NCBI GenBank assembly: GCA_042408215.1
Contig: JAYFMW010000030.1
Span: 384,001 to 448,000 of the forward strand
Length of the DNA stretch: 64,000 nt
Source: Microcoleus sp.
Lineage (GTDB): Bacteria; Cyanobacteriota; Cyanobacteriia; Cyanobacteriales; Microcoleaceae
Direction: 5' to 3'
Part shown: piece by piece, positions 1-9,333 of the stretch
How positions within the stretch are numbered: the first letter of the stretch is position 1
Layout: each line of letters opens with the position of its first letter
Notes under the pieces: model-generated
The model's input: the letters and a program-made list of their open reading frames with translations, nothing else
Database searches by the model: none
Told to the model about the DNA's origin: nothing
Translations under genes and position numbers: made by a program

Positions 1-1
1 A

Positions 2-3000
2 TCTGGTATTTTTCAAGCAGAAGCCGCCGCCTTGGAAAAATTGGCAACCAAGCTGAGTTCTTGGACAGCACCGCTGCAAAATGCACTATCTCAACAACAT
101 CAATTTCGCACTTGTTTTCAACTCATACCACCAGCGCCAGGAAAAGCTGAATGGAGTTTAAATTATTGTTTGCAAGCAGCAGATGAAAATGAATTTTTGG
201 TAGATGCAAGAACTGTTTGGAACAACTCTGTCGAGCGTTTCAATTATGCAGGCAGGACTATAGAATTACCTCAAGAAACTTTGCTCAGTGGCTTGGGTTT
301 AGCCTCAAAACTTTATCCGTTAATTGAACCGAGTTTGCAAGCACAGCGCCCTCAATATTGTCTTTTAAAACCCTTAGATGCTTACAATTTTATCAAGTCT
401 GTGGCTTGGCGGTTTACTGACAGTGGATTGGGTGTAGTTTTGCCGCCGAGTTTGACCAAGACAGATGGTTGGGCGAGTCGTTTGGGTTTGAGTATTCAAG
501 CGGAAACAACCCCCCCCAACCCCCCCTTGCTAAGGGGGGGCGCTGGAGAAACTAACCCCCCCTTAGTAAGGGGGGGCAAGGGGGGGTTAGGATTGCAAAG
601 TCTGTTAAGTTTTAAGTGGGAATTGACCATCGGCGGACAGCGAATTTCTAAGGCTGAATTTGACAGGCTGGTAGAGTTGAATTCGCCTTTGGTGGAAATT
701 AACGGTGAGTGGGTGGAATTGCGCGCGCCGGATGTGAGGGCTGCTCAAACTTTTTTTGCTAGTCGCAAAGAGCAAATGACTCTTTCTTTGGAAGATGCTT
801 TGCGTTTGGCTTCGGGTGATTCTCAGACAATTGAGAAATTGCCTGTGGTGAATTTTGAGGCTACTGGTCAACTTCAGGAGTTGTTGAATACTTTAAATAA
901 TAATGAGGCCGTAAGTGCGATCGCGCCGGCTAGTTTCCGAGGTGAATTGCGGCCATATCAAGCCCTAGGAGTTGGCTGGTTGGCCTTCTTAGAACGCTGG
1001 GGTTTGGGTGCTTGTCTCGCGGACGACATGGGTTGCGGTAAATGTATTTTACCACAAAATATTCTTTTTGTCAATGGTTTTTTACAAAAAGCTGAACAAA
1101 TCTGGGAAGCTTATGCCGGCAAGACAGAATTTGATGGTGAGGGGTTTTGGGCTGAACCTAACGAGCAATTACTGGTGAATTCCATCAATCAGGAAACAGG
1201 CAAAATTGTCGAGGCGAATATTCGACGGCTTTACCGCCAGCAAGTGCAAGAAAAGTTGCGAACCATCAAACTACAAGATGGTAGCAGCATCACCATTACT
1301 CGCAGCCACAAATTGTTAGTACGGGATAGCTGGACAAATGACCTTAAGGTTGGAGATTATGTTTGTGTTCCTGCTAAATTGTATTGGGAAGGAAAGCCGG
1401 AAGATCCTGATTTAGTGAAGTTTCTGGCTTGGCAGATTGCTGAGGGATACGAGAATCGCGATCGGGCCATGCTCACCATAGGACAAAAAGATGTGGCAGT
1501 TCTTGAAGAATTGCGTTTCACCCTTCATCATTTAAGCAAAAAGTATGGGATAAAAATCAATAATCCTGCTGTTCGTACTCCCGGTAAGCAAAGAGTAGCA
1601 TATTTATCTGTATGCAGTCGAGAATACCAAACCTTTCTTGAGTCTAAAGGCTACGAGTGGGGGAAACTGTCAGCCGAGAAAAGCTTCCCACAATTCATCA
1701 TGCAAGCCAATCTTGATAGCATCAGAATTTTTCTTAAAAACTACTTTGATGCTGAAGGTTCTGTCCTTCTTAACACGCGAAATATCGAAATTAGTAGCGC
1801 TTCGCCTTTACTAATTCAGCAACTTTCTACACTGCTGCGGCGCTTTGGAATTTGGCTGCGAATCAGCGCTAAACAAAAACGTGCCACCAATGGCAGCGGT
1901 ATTTTTCGCACCTATTATATCGGTACTTTTGGTGGGAACTCAGTTCGCATATTTTTGGATGAAATTGGTTTTGGTTATCCAGAAAAACAGCGTAAATTAG
2001 ATCTGATTTGCGAAGCGACTTGCAACACCAATGTTGAAGGGATTCCAGTTTCTGATATCGTCGCTCGTGCAGTGGAAATTACAAAATTACCATTGCGCCA
2101 TTTTGGAATGCACAACCCGGTTTATATCAACGGTTCCCAGCAATTTTCACACACGAGTCTGACAAGGGTAGTCGCTGGGATGGACAATATTCTAGATGGC
2201 TCCGCAGAACAAGAATACCGTCAGCTAAAGCTTTCAAAGTGGACGAATCAGACTCTAGAAGCTTATGCAAATTTAGACACACAACAGCTACAGACAATCA
2301 GACAAAGTTTACAAGTTGTTCTCGACCAAGAAGTATTTTATTGTCGGATTGAAGAAATTGAGGAGTTTGAGTATGAAGGGTGGGTTTATGATTTTGAGGT
2401 TGGCAAACATCACAATTTTGTTGCCAATAATATTTTGTGCCATAACACTGTTCAGCTAATTGGTTTTCTCCTGCATTTACAAGAAAACAATTCCTTGGAA
2501 GGGCCGACATTACTGGTTTGTCCGACATCGGTATTGGGTAACTGGGAACGGGAAGTCAAGAAGTTTGGCCCGACACTAAAAGTATTACTGCATCACGGAG
2601 ATCGACGCGCTAAAGGCAAAGCATTTGCTACTGCAATTAAGGGAAAAGATTTAATCATTACCAGTTACGCCCTAGTGTTTCGCGATGCGAAGGAAATTCA
2701 AGGTACTAAATGGCAAGGATTGGTTTTGGATGAGGCACAAAATATTAAAAATTCGGAGTCTCAGCAGTCGAAAATAGTACGAGAAATCGAGGCATCTTTT
2801 AAAATTGCGCTGACAGGAACTCCGGTGGAAAATAGACTGCAAGAATTGTGGTCAATTTTAGAGTTTCTGAATCCGGGGTATTTGGGGCCACGCAATTTCT
2901 TTCAGCGCCGGTTTGCAATTCCGATCGAGAAATATGGCGATCGCGAATCTTTGCAGACTTTGCGATCGCTAGTTCGGCCTTTCATCCTCCGCCGCCTGAA

Positions 3001-3808
3001 AACTGACAAATCAATCATCCAAGATTTGCCCGAAAAACAGGAAATGACTGTGTTTTGCGGACTGGCGACTGAACAGGCGACATTATATCAGCAAATAGTC
3101 GAAACGTCAATAGCAGAATTGGAATCTGCCGAAGGTATTCAGCGCCGGGGCATGATTCTGGCTTTGTTGGTAAGACTCAAACAACTTTGCAATCATCCGG
3201 CTCTTTTGACGGCTAAACAAAACCCGAAAGCCTTGGGAATTAAGAGTCAGGAGTCGGGGAAATTGCAGCGGTTGTTGGAAATGTTGGAAGAGGTTGTCGC
3301 TGAGGGCGATCGCTCTTTAATTTTCACTCAATTTGCGGAATGGGGAAAACTGCTCAAACCGCATCTAGAACAGCATTTAGGTCGAGAAATTCTGTTTTTG
3401 TATGGCGGAATTAAGCAGCAGCAGCGGGAAGAAATGATCGATCGCTTCCAGCATGACCCCCAAGGCCCACCGATTATGATATTATCTTTAAAAGCTGGCG
3501 GTACGGGCCTCAATTTAACGCGAGCAACTCATGTTTTTCACTACGACAGGTGGTGGAACCCAGCAGTAGAAAATCAGGCAACTGACCGCGTATTTCGCAT
3601 TGGTCAAACTCGCAATGTTCAAGTACATAAATTTGTGTGTACTGGTACATTAGAGGAAAAGATTCATGATATGATTGAAAGCAAGAAAGCCTTGGCAGAA
3701 CAAGTTGTCAGTGCTGGGGAAAACTGGATTACCGAGTTGGATACAGACCAACTTCGCAATTTACTAATTCTCGATCGCAATGCTATCATAGAAACGGAAG
3801 AAGAATAA
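2..3808 (+). CDS. SNF2-family (SWI2/SNF2) helicase/ATPase, 5' partial, interrupted by an intein
   Basis: Frame is open from the window start. Motifs: LRPYQ, LADDMGCGK|T (Walker A split by the intein), LVLDEAQNIKN, ALTGTPVENRL, SLKAGGTGLNL, WWNPAVENQATDR. Confidence 0.95.
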   Translation, partial: SGIFQAEAAALEKLATKLSSWTAPLQNALSQQHQFRTCFQLIPPAPGKAEWSLNYCLQAADENEFLVDARTVWNNSVERFNYAGRTIELPQETLLSGLGLASKLYPLIEPSLQAQRPQYCLLKPLDAYNFIKSVAWRFTDSGLGVVLPPSLTKTDGWASRLGLSIQAETTPPNPPLLRGGAGETNPPLVRGGKGGLGLQSLLSFKWELTIGGQRISKAEFDRLVELNSPLVEINGEWVELRAPDVRAAQTFFASRKEQMTLSLEDALRLASGDSQTIEKLPVVNFEATGQLQELLNTLNNNEAVSAIAPASFRGELRPYQALGVGWLAFLERWGLGACLADDMGCGKCILPQNILFVNGFLQKAEQIWEAYAGKTEFDGEGFWAEPNEQLLVNSINQETGKIVEANIRRLYRQQVQEKLRTIKLQDGSSITITRSHKLLVRDSWTNDLKVGDYVCVPAKLYWEGKPEDPDLVKFLAWQIAEGYENRDRAMLTIGQKDVAVLEELRFTLHHLSKKYGIKINNPAVRTPGKQRVAYLSVCSREYQTFLESKGYEWGKLSAEKSFPQFIMQANLDSIRIFLKNYFDAEGSVLLNTRNIEISSASPLLIQQLSTLLRRFGIWLRISAKQKRATNGSGIFRTYYIGTFGGNSVRIFLDEIGFGYPEKQRKLDLICEATCNTNVEGIPVSDIVARAVEITKLPLRHFGMHNPVYINGSQQFSHTSLTRVVAGMDNILDGSAEQEYRQLKLSKWTNQTLEAYANLDTQQLQTIRQSLQVVLDQEVFYCRIEEIEEFEYEGWVYDFEVGKHHNFVANNILCHNTVQLIGFLLHLQENNSLEGPTLLVCPTSVLGNWEREVKKFGPTLKVLLHHGDRRAKGKAFATAIKGKDLIITSYALVFRDAKEIQGTKWQGLVLDEAQNIKNSESQQSKIVREIEASFKIALTGTPVENRLQELWSILEFLNPGYLGPRNFFQRRFAIPIEKYGDRESLQTLRSLVRPFILRRLKTDKSIIQDLPEKQEMTVFCGLATEQATLYQQIVETSIAELESAEGIQRRGMILALLVRLKQLCNHPALLTAKQNPKALGIKSQESGKLQRLLEMLEEVVAEGDRSLIFTQFAEWGKLLKPHLEQHLGREILFLYGGIKQQQREEMIDRFQHDPQGPPIMILSLKAGGTGLNLTRATHVFHYDRWWNPAVENQATDRVFRIGQTRNVQVHKFVCTGTLEEKIHDMIESKKALAEQVVSAGENWITELDTDQLRNLLILDRNAIIETEEE
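510..588. repeat. C/G-run palindromic repeat inserted in frame in the SNF2 gene
   Basis: CCCCCCCCAACCCCCCCTTGCTAAGGGGGGG...CCCCCCTTAGTAAGGGGGGGCAAGGGGGGGTT matches the intergenic copies at 21313, 27390, 30634 and 40816. Confidence 0.8.
1043..2446 (+). mobile_element. Intein (468 aa) with LAGLIDADG homing endonuclease
   Basis: Starts at Cys (CILPQN) after GK. Block B ITITRSHKLL, LAGLIDADG-like FLAWQIAEG and FLKNYFDAEG, C-terminal VYDFEV..HHNFVANNILCHN followed by Thr. Confidence 0.95.
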
Positions 3809-3819
3809 CTACGCACTTT

Positions 3820-4013
3820 GACCAAAGAAACCGGGTTTTTTACCAGGCTTAAAGGTGATAGTCCAGTTATTCGTAAAAACCCGACCAAAGAAACCGGGTT
3901 TTTACCAGGATTAAAGGTGATAGTCCAGTTATTCGTAAAAACCCGACCAAAGAAACTGGGTTTTTACCAGGATTAAAGGTGATAGTCCAGTTATTCGTAA
4001 AAACCCGGTTTCT
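3820..4013 (+). repeat. Three tandem 62-63 bp copies of the AGAAACCGGGTTTTT...AAAAACCCGG element
   Basis: Units start GACCAAAGAAAC at 3820, 3883 and 3945 and are near-identical. Confidence 0.9.
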
Positions 4014-4086
4014 GACTCTCCTAGATCGATCAAGCTTTCTTCCTTCTTCCTTACTCCTTCTTCCTTATTCCTTCTTCCTTCGGCTT

Positions 4087-4914
4087 ATGATTGACAGAGA
4101 ATGGTGGACGCAACAATGGCTTGATTTAATCAATACCTACCGCTTCAAAAAGCGTTTAGAGCGCGGCTGGCAATACGCGCGGGAAGGTAAGGTTCTCAGC
4201 ATTAAATTTCCCAACCAAGAAGTAATCGCGCTCGTTCAAGGTACCGATCCAAAACCTTATCAAGTTTCTTTAGGACTCGATACATTGAGCGATGAAGATT
4301 GGGATTATGTGATTGAAAATATGTCTCAAAGAGCTATTTTTTCTGCGAAACTATTAGCAGGAGAAATGCCGCACAATATAGAAGATGTATTCGCAGCCGC
4401 CGGCAAAACGCTATTTCCGTTAAGTTTGTCGGATATTCGATCGCGCTGTAGCTGTCCTGACCCCAAAAATCCTTGCAAACACATCAGTGCAGTATACTAC
4501 TTATTGGGCGATCGCTTTAGCGAAGACCCTTTCGTACTCTTTCAACTGCGCGGCAGAACTAAAGAGCAAATCTTGACAGCACTCCGCCAAAGGCGAGGTA
4601 TGGAAGGAGGCGAAAATACACAACTCAAATCGGGCGAGAATTCCCCAAATTCTAATTCTCAATTGCCCAAAGTCGATCGCTTTTGGGAATACAACCAGCA
4701 ACTAGAATCATCTCTAGTAGTAATTGTACCCCCACCGAGCAGCGAAACAGTTTTAGATATTTTAGGCCCAATTCCCCTAACAACTGAAGGTAAAGGAACC
4801 GCCAGCAAATCATCCCCTGCATCTGAGGCGCTCAAGCAGCATTTTGCCAAAATTTACCAAGCAGTTAGCCAGCAAGCAGTTTTAGCAGCACTAAAACGGG
4901 GCGAAGCAGATTAA
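4087..4914 (+). CDS. SWIM zinc-finger protein (usual partner of bacterial SNF2)
   Basis: CSCPD..NPCKH motif and DPFVLFQLRG. The ATG at 4087 is preferred because the longer ORF start lies in repeats. Confidence 0.9.
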   Translation: MIDREWWTQQWLDLINTYRFKKRLERGWQYAREGKVLSIKFPNQEVIALVQGTDPKPYQVSLGLDTLSDEDWDYVIENMSQRAIFSAKLLAGEMPHNIEDVFAAAGKTLFPLSLSDIRSRCSCPDPKNPCKHISAVYYLLGDRFSEDPFVLFQLRGRTKEQILTALRQRRGMEGGENTQLKSGENSPNSNSQLPKVDRFWEYNQQLESSLVVIVPPPSSETVLDILGPIPLTTEGKGTASKSSPASEALKQHFAKIYQAVSQQAVLAALKRGEAD

Positions 4915-4960
4915 CCGTTTTTGTAGGGGGTTCTCGTGATTACCGACAGGGCTACAATTT

Positions 4961-5074
4961 CTAATGGCGTTTAGCAGTAGAAGGAGGGTTGGTCAAGCGC
5001 AACCAAGTTGCCAAAGTGCCTACCGCGAAGATTGAAGCCAAGCTAAAAGTCAAGAAAGTCTCAAATGCTGACAT
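4961..5074 (-). CDS. Putative 37-aa single-helix membrane protein
   Basis: ATG at 5074 to TAG encodes MSAFETFLTFSLASIFAVGTLATWLRLTNPPSTAKRH. It is below the ORF-track cutoff. Confidence 0.35.
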   Translation of the reverse strand: MSAFETFLTFSLASIFAVGTLATWLRLTNPPSTAKRH

Positions 5075-5202
5075 AGGGGTGTTCCCATTTGGTGAATTAA
5101 AGGAATCTTGCTATTATTTATATCAGCATCGATCGATATTTTCAACCGATCGCCCACAAAGTTTTTACTACTTAACGTTTCGTAACATTACATAAAACAA
5201 CA

Positions 5203-5841
5203 TTACAATTCATTCAGATTATGGATCGCTTCTATTAATTCCTGGGGTTTTTCAATCAAAAAATCGGGATTGTGTGCCGCCAAAGTTTCCTGAGAATTAA
5301 AACCCCAACCTACAGCAATTACCTTAATTCGAGTTTTTTTAGCCGCGTCTATATCTCTAATTTCATCTCCCACATAAACGACTTGTTCGGGATTGATATT
5401 CTGTTTTTTCAACCACCTGTTAATTACTTTATGTTTCCCAAAAGTTGTGCCGGATTCAATAAAATCAAAGGTATCTTCTAAACCGTTTTTTTTCATGGAA
5501 ACCACAACATTTTCTCTAGAGTTAGAGGTGATAATACCCAGTTGAAAACCGCCGTTTTTTAACTCTAATAAAACTTCTTTAATCCCAGGGAATAAATGAA
5601 TATTGGTAATTTCACTCCGTAACTCTGCTTTCAACTTTCTAATTAGCAGCGGGAATTTGAAGATGGAAATTCCCGAATACTTCAAGATTTGCCAAGAATT
5701 TAAATTGCTCAGTTGAGCGAGTTCCTCTTTGGTGGCAGACTTAAAGCCGAATTCTACTGACAAACGATTGGTTATGCTTAGAAGAACATCTATTGTATCT
5801 GCTAACGTACCGTCAAAATCAAAAATAATTACTTTGAGCAT
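5203..5841 (-). CDS. HAD-family hydrolase (phosphoglycolate phosphatase-like)
   Basis: IIFDFDGTLAD, ITSN and YVGDEIRDIDAA motifs. Confidence 0.9.
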   Translation of the reverse strand: MLKVIIFDFDGTLADTIDVLLSITNRLSVEFGFKSATKEELAQLSNLNSWQILKYSGISIFKFPLLIRKLKAELRSEITNIHLFPGIKEVLLELKNGGFQLGIITSNSRENVVVSMKKNGLEDTFDFIESGTTFGKHKVINRWLKKQNINPEQVVYVGDEIRDIDAAKKTRIKVIAVGWGFNSQETLAAHNPDFLIEKPQELIEAIHNLNEL

Positions 5842-5947
5842 TTAAACTACGTTGTGGGCATGGGGCATTGGGCATGATTGGAACTAACAAATAACCAACA
5901 GTCAACAACCAACAGTCAACAGCGTTTCCCTGAGCGAAGTCGAAGGG

Positions 5948-6910
5948 TCAACAATCACCTGACGGTGCAACCGGAATTGATATAATTTGATTTGCCCTCG
6001 CATTTCGCCGCAGCATTTCTGGTTTAATTCGCCGCAATGCGGAAGCAGTAAATCTGCGGTTCCACTCTTCATCGGAAATTTCTGCCAATTCTGCAAGTGT
6101 CGGTGCTATATTTTCAGGATAAGGCTCAAATTCCGCCACATCAGTTGCTTTTGCAAAACGCTGATTCCAAGGACAAACATCTTGACAAATGTCGCAACCT
6201 GCTACCCAACCTTGTAAATTAGATGCGATTTCGTCTGGCAGTTTTTCGGCTCGATTCTCGATCGTATGATACGCTATACATCGATCGGCATTAACGACAA
6301 AAGGCTCAGTAATCGCCCCCGTCGGACACGCATCAATACAGCGAGTGCAGGTTCCGCAATGTTGAGTATGCCCAGAATCTGGCACTAACTCCAAATTCGT
6401 CAAAACTTCACCCAAAAACACCCAAGAACCGTATTCCCGCGAAATTACATTACCATTTTTAGCAATCCAGCCAATCCCCGCCCGCTGCGCCCACACCTTA
6501 TCCTGAATTGGGCCGGTATCAGCATAATACCGCGCTTCAATGCCCTCGCCTTGCGATCGCACCCAATCCGCCAAAACCTTCAGTTTTTTGTGCAGAATTT
6601 TATGATAATCCCGTCCCCAACCGTAGCGAGAGATTTTGGCATATTCGGCACTGCCCGGGCGTTGGTGAGGCGTATAGTAATTGATGGCGACACATATTAA
6701 GGACTTCACCTCTGACATAGAAGCACGAATATCCTGACGTTTCGGGTTAGCCATCCATCCCATATCCGCCTGATAACCCTTGTCTAGCCACCTCTGCAAC
6801 CTTTGTGCTTCCTCGTCAGTGCCGCAGTCTACCAAAGCTATCCCAACCTTGTGAAATCCCAATTCTAGGGATTTTTGCTTCACCAAAATACTGCTAATTG
6901 GTGCTTTCAT
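5948..6910 (-). CDS. queG: Epoxyqueuosine reductase
   Basis: ISRYGWGRDYH, AGIGWIAKN, CGTCTRCIDACPTGA, GCDICQDVCPWN. Confidence 0.95.
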   Translation of the reverse strand: MKAPISSILVKQKSLELGFHKVGIALVDCGTDEEAQRLQRWLDKGYQADMGWMANPKRQDIRASMSEVKSLICVAINYYTPHQRPGSAEYAKISRYGWGRDYHKILHKKLKVLADWVRSQGEGIEARYYADTGPIQDKVWAQRAGIGWIAKNGNVISREYGSWVFLGEVLTNLELVPDSGHTQHCGTCTRCIDACPTGAITEPFVVNADRCIAYHTIENRAEKLPDEIASNLQGWVAGCDICQDVCPWNQRFAKATDVAEFEPYPENIAPTLAELAEISDEEWNRRFTASALRRIKPEMLRRNARANQIISIPVAPSGDC

Positions 6911-7097
6911 TTGACTCCGGGCAAATATTTAAGTTAGTATTGACAATTTTAACTTTATATGATATAAAAAGCGATTTTAACGATCGACTTTCTACATATA
7001 CTAATTTTGTTTATAGTTTAGTGACGGCGATCGCAATTTACCAAACCATTGATTATAGTTTTGTAACTCAGCTATATGTAATTTATATTGGCAATTG

Positions 7098-7115
7098 TTA
7101 ACAAAATGTTACATA
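7098..7115 (+). promoter_or_regulatory. HLR1-like (RpaB) direct repeat upstream of ocp
   Basis: TTAACAAA-AT-GTTACATA has one mismatch to the (G/T)TTACA(T/A)(T/A)-N2-(G/T)TTACA(T/A)(T/A) consensus. Confidence 0.45.
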
Positions 7116-7187
7116 CTTTTAATCAAGGGAAATCCAGGTTCGCCAATGACCGTACCTCACTAAAACCGCGAATCTCACAAAATACAC

Positions 7188-8150
7188 ATGGCAGTTAGTA
7201 TTCAATCGGCTCAATCTATTTTCTCCAACACCGAGATTGCTAGCGTTGTTCCGTCTACCACGGAAGCATTCTACAAACTCAGCGTTGAAGACCAACTAGC
7301 CTTGCTGTGGTATGCATACACCGAAATGGGCATTTCCATTACCGCAGCCGCCCCCGGAGTAGCCAGCATGGCCCTTGTCGAAGGCATACTTACTGAAATT
7401 AAGCAAATGTCGCCGGCTGCTCAAAGCAAAACCATGTTCGACTTGGCTAGCAATGCTGACACAACCATCGGCCGCATCTACACCTCCTTGCGCGTCAATA
7501 CCAAACTCGGTTTCTGGTACGAACTAGGACAATTGATGAAACAAGGCCTTGTCGCTCCGATCCCCGCTGGCTATCAAATGTCTCCCGAAGCCACCACAGT
7601 CCTTGAAACCATCAAAAAACTCGATCCCGGTCAGCAAATTACCGTACTGCGTAACACCGTAGTTCACATGGGCTACGATCCTGATTTTAGCCAAGAATAC
7701 GGCAAACGGTCAGCCCCTCGCAGCACTCCTACGGCTGTCGAGCAGCGGGTTAAAACCCAGATTGAAGGTATTAGCGAGCAGACTGTGCTTAGCTACATTG
7801 ACAACATGAATGCCTTCGACTTTACTCCTGCTGTCGCTTTATTTGCCGAAGAAGGTGCTCTGCAACCGCCGTTCCAAAAGCCGATTGTGGGTCGCGAAGC
7901 CATCCTCAACTATATGCGAGAAGAGTGCATCGGACTCAAAATGATGCCACAACAAGGCGTATCCGAACCCGCAGAAGATGGCTACCGCCAAGTGAAAGTG
8001 ACAGGTAAAGTCGAAACTCCTTGGTTTGGCTCGAATGTGGGTATGAACATTGCATGGCGCTTCTTGCTTGATCCCCAAGGTCAAATTTTCTTTGTGGCGA
8101 TCGACTTGTTAGCATCTCCCAAAGAATTGCTAAACTTGATCCGCAAATAG
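7188..8150 (+). CDS. ocp: Full-length orange carotenoid protein (NTD plus NTF2-like CTD)
   Basis: EDQLALLWYAY, KLGFWYELG, GQQITVLRN, GALQPPFQKPIVG, VTGKVETPWFG, FFVAIDLLASPKELL. Confidence 0.95.
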   Translation: MAVSIQSAQSIFSNTEIASVVPSTTEAFYKLSVEDQLALLWYAYTEMGISITAAAPGVASMALVEGILTEIKQMSPAAQSKTMFDLASNADTTIGRIYTSLRVNTKLGFWYELGQLMKQGLVAPIPAGYQMSPEATTVLETIKKLDPGQQITVLRNTVVHMGYDPDFSQEYGKRSAPRSTPTAVEQRVKTQIEGISEQTVLSYIDNMNAFDFTPAVALFAEEGALQPPFQKPIVGREAILNYMREECIGLKMMPQQGVSEPAEDGYRQVKVTGKVETPWFGSNVGMNIAWRFLLDPQGQIFFVAIDLLASPKELLNLIRK

Positions 8151-8323
8151 AAACTCCAGTTCTGTTAGTCAAACAGGACTCTACAGAAACCCAGATGCCC
8201 AAAGGTGTCTGGGTTTGATCGCGATCTCAAATCCTCTCTTCATCGGAATAGTAAATTTGAGTTAACAGTTAACAGTTAACAGTTAACCGTCAACAATCAT
8301 CTCCAAGAGTGCAACCGGAATTG

Positions 8324-8416
8324 ATCTCAAATCCTCTCTTCATCGGAATTATTCAGATCTCCATTCTCTCCCTCTGTGTCCTCTGTGTTCTCTGCGGTTA
8401 AATCATTCCGATACAA
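8324..8416. repeat. ~93 bp dispersed element; second, inverted copy at 57055-57147
   Basis: CAAATCCTCTCTTCATCGGAATTATTCAGAT...CTCTGTGTCCTCTGTGTTCTCTGCGGTTAAATCATTCCGATACAA aligns to the reverse complement of 57055-57147. Confidence 0.85.
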
Positions 8417-8834
8417 CAGCCAACAGTCAACAGCCAACAGTCAACAGTCAACAGCCAACAGTCAACATCACCTGACGGTGCAACCGGAATTGATATGAAT
8501 CGACCCTGAAAAGTCCCCCACTCGCCAGAGGAATGCTTAAGCTGGTCTACTGAGCTCTTTAGGACTTAGACAACTGGGCGACAATTGATGTTGAAAACCG
8601 GATATTTTAGGCCCAAATGCTTCACCATCCCTTTCGCTCTGAGTTCAGACTCCTATGCAATCTTTGATTTTGTTCGAGATGTCTATTTGACCAAATTGCT
8701 GGCTTGTCAAAAAGTTGATGGCCAATAACTCTCTTTCGTTGCTTTCATCACCGATCTAGAAAGCCGAAGTCAGAAGTCAGGAGTCAGTTGTTAGTTGCTA
8801 CCAATAACAAATAACCAATAACAACTAATTAACA

Positions 8835-8893
8835 ACTAATGACTAATGACTAATGACTAATGACTAATGACTAATGACTAATGACTAATGACT
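8835..8893. repeat. Heptamer STRR array (ACTAATG)n
   Basis: About 8 tandem copies visible. Confidence 0.9.
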
Positions 8894-8907
8894 TCTGATT
8901 AATTAGA

Positions 8908-9333
8908 CTAATTAATTTTTTCAGGTAAACTCGCTTCCAACGTCAGACAGTTACGACCATCTATTTGCAAACTGTAGTCTACCCGATCCATAAGTCTGCT
9001 CATAATCAGCCAGCCATAGCCACTTTCCTGTTTAGCTTCCGGCCGCGGGGGACTGTAAGTATCCATTTCGTAACCTTTACCGTAATCCCAAATTTCTAAA
9101 CCAATGTCCCTATCTTTTAATTTCAAACGAATTAACACGGGCAAATTAGGTTGATCTTTGTGAGCGTGGCGGATCACGTTAGAATAGGCTTCTGCTAACA
9201 CCAAACGCAAACGATTCGACTGACGAGGCCAATCGACGTGCTCTCCTAGTTCAACTTCTAAACTGCTAAGCAACCAATTTTCAACAATTGTTAAAAACCG
9301 CAAGTCGCTTGGCACATGAAGCTCAGTATTCAT
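8908..9333 (-). CDS. RsbW/SpoIIAB-like anti-sigma Ser kinase (HATPase_c_2)
   Basis: LVLAEAYSNVIRHAH, EIWDYGKG, ESGYGWLIM. Confidence 0.9.
   Translation of the reverse strand: MNTELHVPSDLRFLTIVENWLLSSLEVELGEHVDWPRQSNRLRLVLAEAYSNVIRHAHKDQPNLPVLIRLKLKDRDIGLEIWDYGKGYEMDTYSPPRPEAKQESGYGWLIMSRLMDRVDYSLQIDGRNCLTLEASLPEKIN

Noticed and set aside
3820..4013. CRISPR-like array
   Set aside because: Whole units are near-identical, so there are no unique spacers.
3979..4086. N-terminal extensions from the ORF track (also purQ 40987, GT4 48390, HNH 17352)
   Set aside because: The extensions run through repeats or overlap neighbours; family-typical N-termini begin at downstream ATGs.
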